DNA from: Oculina patagonica
Lineage: Eukaryota
Direction: 5' to 3'
Length of the DNA: 64,000 bases
NCBI RefSeq assembly: GCF_052425735.1
Contig: NC_135769.1
Span: 30,132,001 to 30,196,000, forward strand
Part shown: in pieces, positions 58,610-64,000 of the stretch
Layout of the letters: each line of letters starts with the position of its first letter
Numbering within the stretch: position 1 is the first letter of the stretch
The notes under the pieces: generated by a model
What the model saw: only the letters and a program-made list of their open reading frames with translations
Databases searched by the model: none
Told to the model about the DNA's origin: nothing
Program-made: the position numbers and the translations under genes

Positions 58610-61600
58610 TAAGGTTGTTACAAAGTTTAATGTTGTACCTACATGTAAGTAATTTGAGCATGGAGACGACGACGACGTACTAATTTCTCATCCGTACTGG
58701 TTAAAACAAGGTAAGTGTAAATCCTAGTCATAATATAAAGTTTTAACCCGCGTAGAAGAAAATTCAACTTTTCCTGGTTTCAGGTTCATCACTGTCAACG
58801 CCTCGATGCACCAATTCGATACAACCACTTCTTAAAGAACGTCATGGTCCCAGAACTGAAATACAGTTTTAGAATGTATCGAATCAGTCGCTGACTCAGG
58901 AGTTGTGCACTTAAATATTTTAAAATTAACGTAATAAAGAATGTCTTTTGCATTTGGATCAAGGCGCAGAACGGCTAGCAACTTGACACCTTCTGGAAAA
59001 AAAGTCATGTTTTTGTGTAAGTTGGGTTCGGGCATGTACAGTGGAATTCCAAGTTCTTTAATTTTCAAGGAAAACCAAAATTGGTTCAATCGGAAACTTG
59101 AGAGCTCGAAGTTGGCGTCGTATCACCACCAAGTAGGCAAAATTTCATTTATAGAAATGCTATCACTTCTATTTTTTGTCGATATATATCTTTCTTCAAA
59201 TCATGCCAGTTATTATGTTTTCTGAACTACGATATTAATGGGTGGACAGCTCTTGCCTCTTTTCAGCCTGAAGACTTTTTTCTAAAATGTCAGAATATTT
59301 TTTTGGTGCTTTGGTAATAGTGTATAAAGGATGTGAGTAAAATAAAACCTGTTTTATGGATTAAGGCCTTACAGTAGAGAAAAAAAATAGTGCATTGCTA
59401 AAACAAATCGAGTGAGAGGTGTTTCTAAAAAAAAAATCTTTTCCAGATTTAGCCAAATTTCTTGAAAAGATTATTAGACACATGATAAGATGAGTATTAT
59501 TCCGGCGGTACTACAAAGTTTAATTGAAAACTTGAATATCTGTAATGTCTCTGGCTTGCCAAATGAGTAAGAGTTAGGCTACTTAGAAGAAAAACATTTG
59601 AAAAAAGTGATGTTGCGTTGCAGAATATTCCTTCAAACAGGAGCTCATACTTTAAATTCACTAAAGTCGGATATTATTTTATTTTTCAATAGTGTTTCCG
59701 TTGAGATGGTTGGCATCGACCCACGTTGAAGTTTTATTTTGACACCAGCTTATGAAACTGCCAAAGTAATAATATTATTTTTGATTAACTGGTTTCTTCT
59801 TATTTACACGTAGTTGCGCGAATATTTATTAAGAAAGAAATAACAATTGTCGGAAAAGAAGATTTTGGTGAACAAAACTCACAAAATTTCACAATTAAAG
59901 TCTTTTGTGAGACTTATCAATGTCGGCCAGTTCATTAGTCATTGTTTGTTTTTCCAAATTGGAAAAAACTCAATGCGTCGGCTAGCAAACAAAACAAGTC
60001 ATTAAGTCTTAGCAGTGCCGGATTATTTCGACACCGATGTCAAGTTAGCGCGATATTAGAACTTCAAAAGAAGATGAATCAAAAGTTCGCTCTCGATTCT
60101 GTTTGCCACACACTTTTTTAAAAATTGTAGTCCTGGTGAATCGGTGGCACACCAATACACCTTTTTTCTAAGTTGACCAATTTTTTCGTTTCGTTCTTGT
60201 CACCTGTATGTTTGACATAGGTTGATATTTTACTACTGAATAAATTTCCATACTTATTATTTTCACAAATCATACATTTGCACATTTCCGTATAATGCTT
60301 CCTTTTAAACTTACGCGGCTGTTCTTCAAAAAAAAAATGGAATAGGTTAGGGGGATCGGAGGGGAAGACGAAGATTTTGTTTGGTAGTACGCTGGGCAAC
60401 ACTTAATTGGAACATGGGTTTTATTGCTTTATTATTTTTCAGGCTAGGAATGGCTAGGAAAGACGCTTTCTACACAATTGTTTATTTTTTATTATTTTAT
60501 TTATTAATCGAGCATTTTGTTTTTATGATTTGTGCAGTTTGCCAATTTCGCTTTACTACTGTAAATGGGGAAACTCATTAAGTATCCCGCCATTGTTGTT
60601 TCAAAGCAGTGTATTCCCCATGGTTTATTGAGGCCTACTATGTCTCTCATGACAGCGATCCCATGTCACGATCTAGGTATTTATGAACAAAAAATGCTCT
60701 CAAACCGATGGAACTTAAAAACAAGATTACTAAGGTAGAAAAACACCAAAGTAAATAACAAATTAACCAAAAAAGATTATGCCCAGATTGGAATTTAGAA
60801 CTAAAACCGTAAATATTTAACAAATAAAGTAGCCTAAGCCATGTTTTATACTGTCATAAAACACAACGGGCATTTAAGAAAAAGAGGGAAATATATATAT
60901 ACTAAAAATATAATATTATAGTTATCAACGCTTTCGGTGGTATTTTTCTCTTTTTTTCTGGTTCCCGGTTGGGGGGTGTATGCAAAAAAAAAGGGTGAGT
61001 TTTCAAAATACGCCCGGGGGGGGGGAACGATTTTGATTGAATGCTATATAAAATATAATATAGTAAGGTATATATGTAAAGAGCGCACTTTTAGGCGTAA
61101 CAAAAACATTAACCTATCGGTAATGAATTTTTAAAAGCATTCTATTGACTGAAATCAGAAGCATCCACCAAAATTTATACGTAAAAGCAACAGAACTGAT
61201 AAAAAACGCATAACGATGTGATAGGTGGATTAACACGTCGCGATTCGTGTTGTAGTCGTGGCGTAAGCGTGTCGCAACGTAGGCAAAATCATGCCGTCAA
61301 ATTTGCCCTTAGATACCCCCAATTCAATACAAAAGTTAAAAGGTTCATTCCCAGGTATTTTTTGAAGCTTTAGATAAAGTCTTTAGTTATTTTCTGGGAT
61401 ACTCAAAAAACAAAATTTAATCCACCGTTCCAGGATAAGAACTCGCATGAGTTAGAAAGAAATGCAGTGGGTTTTAAATTAATATAGTGCGAATGATATG
61501 CGAAGTTCCTAATTATTTAAGCATTAAGCAATTAACACTTTAAAACATTATTGAAAGAAAGTCATTAAGGTTATTAAGCGATATCAAGGTTGTTACAAAG

Positions 61601-63870
61601 TTGAATGTTGTACCTACATGTAAGTAATTTGAGCATGAAGACGACGACGACGTACTAATTTCTTATCCGTACTAGGGAGGCGCGGTGGTCTAATGGTTAG
61701 CGCGCCGGACTCCGGGGCGGCGGCGCCCCGGCCGGGGTTTGGGAAATTTCCCCCCCCAGAGCGGGAAACCGGGGGTGCTAGTTAAAACAAGGTAAGTGCA
61801 ACTCCTAGTCATAATATAAAGTTTTAACCGTGGAAAAAATAAAACAACTTTTCCTGGTTTCAGGTTCATCACTGTCAACGCCTCGATGCACCAATTCGAT
61901 ACAACCACTTCTTAAAGAACGTCATGGTCCCAGAATTGAAATACAGTTTTAAAATGTATTGAATCAGTCGTTGACTCAGAAGCTGTGCACATAAATATTT
62001 GAAAGTTAACGTAATAAAGAATGTCTTTCTTGCATTCGGATCAAGGCGCAAAACGGCTAGCAACTTGACACCTTCAGGAAAATAAGTCATGTTTTTGTGC
62101 AAGTCAGGTTTGGGCATAAAGTGGAATTCCAATTTCTTTAACCTTCAAGGAAAACAAAAATTGGTTCAATCGGAAATTGAGAGCTCGAAGTTGGCGTCGT
62201 ATCGCCACCAAGTAGGCAAAACTTAATATATAGAAATGCTATCACTTCCATTTTTTTGTAGATATAAATCTTTCTTCAAATCATGCCAGTTATGTTTACT
62301 CAACTACGATAATGGGTGGACGGCTATTGCCTCTTTTCAGCCTGAAGACTGTTCTTTTAAAATGTCATAATTTTTTTTGTGCTTTGTTGGTAGTTGTATA
62401 AAGTATGTCAGTTAAAAAAACTGATTTATTGATTAAGGTCTTACAGTTGGGAAAAAAATAATGCGTTGCAAAAACAAATCGAGTGGGAAGTGTTTCTAGA
62501 AAAAAACGAAAACTTTCCCAGATATTCTTGAATAGATTATTACACACATGATAAGATGAGTCTTTTTCCGGTTGTACTACAAAAGTTTAATTGAAAACTA
62601 GAATCTTTGCAATGTCACTGGCTTGCCAAATGAGTAAGGGAAACGCTACTAAAAGAATAACATTTGAACAAAGTGATGTTGCGTTGCAGAATATTCCTTC
62701 AAACACGAGCTCATACTTTAAATTCACTAAAGTCGTATATTATTTTTTTTATTTCGCAATATTGTTTCCGTTGAGTTGGTTGGCATCGACCCACGTTGAA
62801 GTTTTAGCTTTGATACCAGATATGAAACTGCCAGAAGGGTAATATTTTTATTTTTGACGAGTGACCCCTGGATTTGCTAAAATTTTGCGATTTACACGTA
62901 GTTGTTGAACGACCATTCACTACCCCTAAAGAAGGAAATAACAATTGTCGCAAAAGAAGGTTTTGGTGAACAAAACTCAGGAAATTGGACATTTTAAGTC
63001 TTTGTGGGATTTATTAATGTCGGTCAGTTCATTAGTCGTTGTTTGTTTTTTCCAAATTGGAAAAAACTCAGTGTGTCGGCTAGCAAACAAAACAAGTCAT
63101 TAAGTATTAGCAGTGCCGGATTATTTCGACACCGATGTCTAGTTAGCGCTGTGTTAGAATTTTAAAAGAAGATGAATCAAAAGTTCGCTCTCCATTCTGT
63201 TTGCCACACACTCTTTTAAAATTGTAGTCCTGGTAAATCAGTGGCACATCAATATACCTGTTTTTAAGTTGACCATTTTTTGGTTGTCGTTCTTGTCACC
63301 TGTCTGTTTGACATTGGTTGATATTGTTATTACTAAATAAATTTCCATATTATTATTTTCACACATCCGTACATTTTCACAAGTCTGTACCTTTTAAAGC
63401 CACGCGGTTGTTCGTCGGAAAAAAAAATATAGTATAGGTTATAGGGGGAGAGGGAGACGAAGATTAGATTTGTAGGTGGTAGGGTGAAAGTTCACTTAAT
63501 TGGAATATGAGTTTTATTTACTTTATTCTTTTTTTCGTGCTACATTTAATTTAAGTTAATTCGGCGAAGGAAAGACGCCCGAAAGGCGCTAACCGTTACC
63601 CTAAACCCTAACTTAATCACGAATAAAGACTATCTTCCTTAAAACACGAGTCACGTTTATTGTTTGACCATTTCACGAATGATGCATTTAATCATTACTA
63701 AAGAAAATGAGCTTTGAGCTGATTAGTTAATTTTTCTGGAATTTACCTATCAATAGCCTAGTGGCAAGGCTTGGTCTCTCAGGCGAGCTGACAGCTCGCG
63801 ACATTTTGGTTTTATGATTCGCGCCGTTTGTCAATTTCGCTTTACTTCTCTGAATGGGAAAACTCATTAC
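58610..63870. repeat. Direct non-coding duplication (about 58610-60580 and 61586-63870)
   Basis: Colinear from AAGGTTGTTACAAAG...GACGACGACGACGTAC to AATTTCGCTTTAC..TG.AATGGG.AAACTCATTA in both copies. Confidence 0.88.
61675..61780 (+). mobile_element. SINE head insertion present only in the second duplicate
   Basis: GGGAGGCGCGGTGGTCTAATGGTTAGCGCG (A box) then GC-rich low-complexity sequence; empty site at ~58698. Confidence 0.6.
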
Positions 63871-64000
63871 TGTCGATTGACACCTGTGAACGACGCGCGA
63901 AACTGCATGATGTCACGTAGCGGGTGACGAGAGAGTGACGACGGGAACAACATCGGGAAATGGGGAAGAAGAAAGAACCCGAGAAACGATGCGATCGGTC

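Overview
Eukaryotic (animal) genomic DNA. The receptor types and repeat families suggest an anthozoan cnidarian such as a stony coral, but that is an inference. (1) 1-9276 is the right-hand part of an apparently intact Polinton/Maverick-type endogenous virus. It encodes an A32-like packaging ATPase (5'-truncated by the window edge), a fibre-like protein with YadA-neck-like repeats, a 38-aa basic amphipathic peptide, a 2-TM SLATT-like protein, a VLTF3/TFIIB-like late transcription factor, a C2H2 zinc-finger protein and a 1384-aa protein-primed PolB. It ends in a 59-nt hairpin terminating in ACTACT. Capsid, protease and integrase genes are not in the window. (2) The element interrupts the ORF1 of a LINE, which is itself inserted upstream of a GPCR gene. 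(3) 10.1-29.1 kb holds three single-coding-exon class A GPCR paralogs and two Pro/Asn/Pro tRNA cassettes, produced by one inverted and one ~8-kb tandem duplication. (4) 29.6-53.1 kb holds four spliced neuropeptide-receptor-like GPCRs: one with a probable GC-AG intron and an EAY motif, and one with a mutated splice acceptor. (5) MITEs, tRNA-derived SINE-like repeats, a Crypton-like tyrosine-recombinase remnant and non-coding duplications are scattered throughout. The most interesting signal is the Polinton's transcription module: an NCLDV-type VLTF3 gene, a TCTAA motif just upstream of consecutive structural-module start codons, a palindromic bidirectional promoter, and a clustered AP-1/NF-kB/C-EBP-like region.
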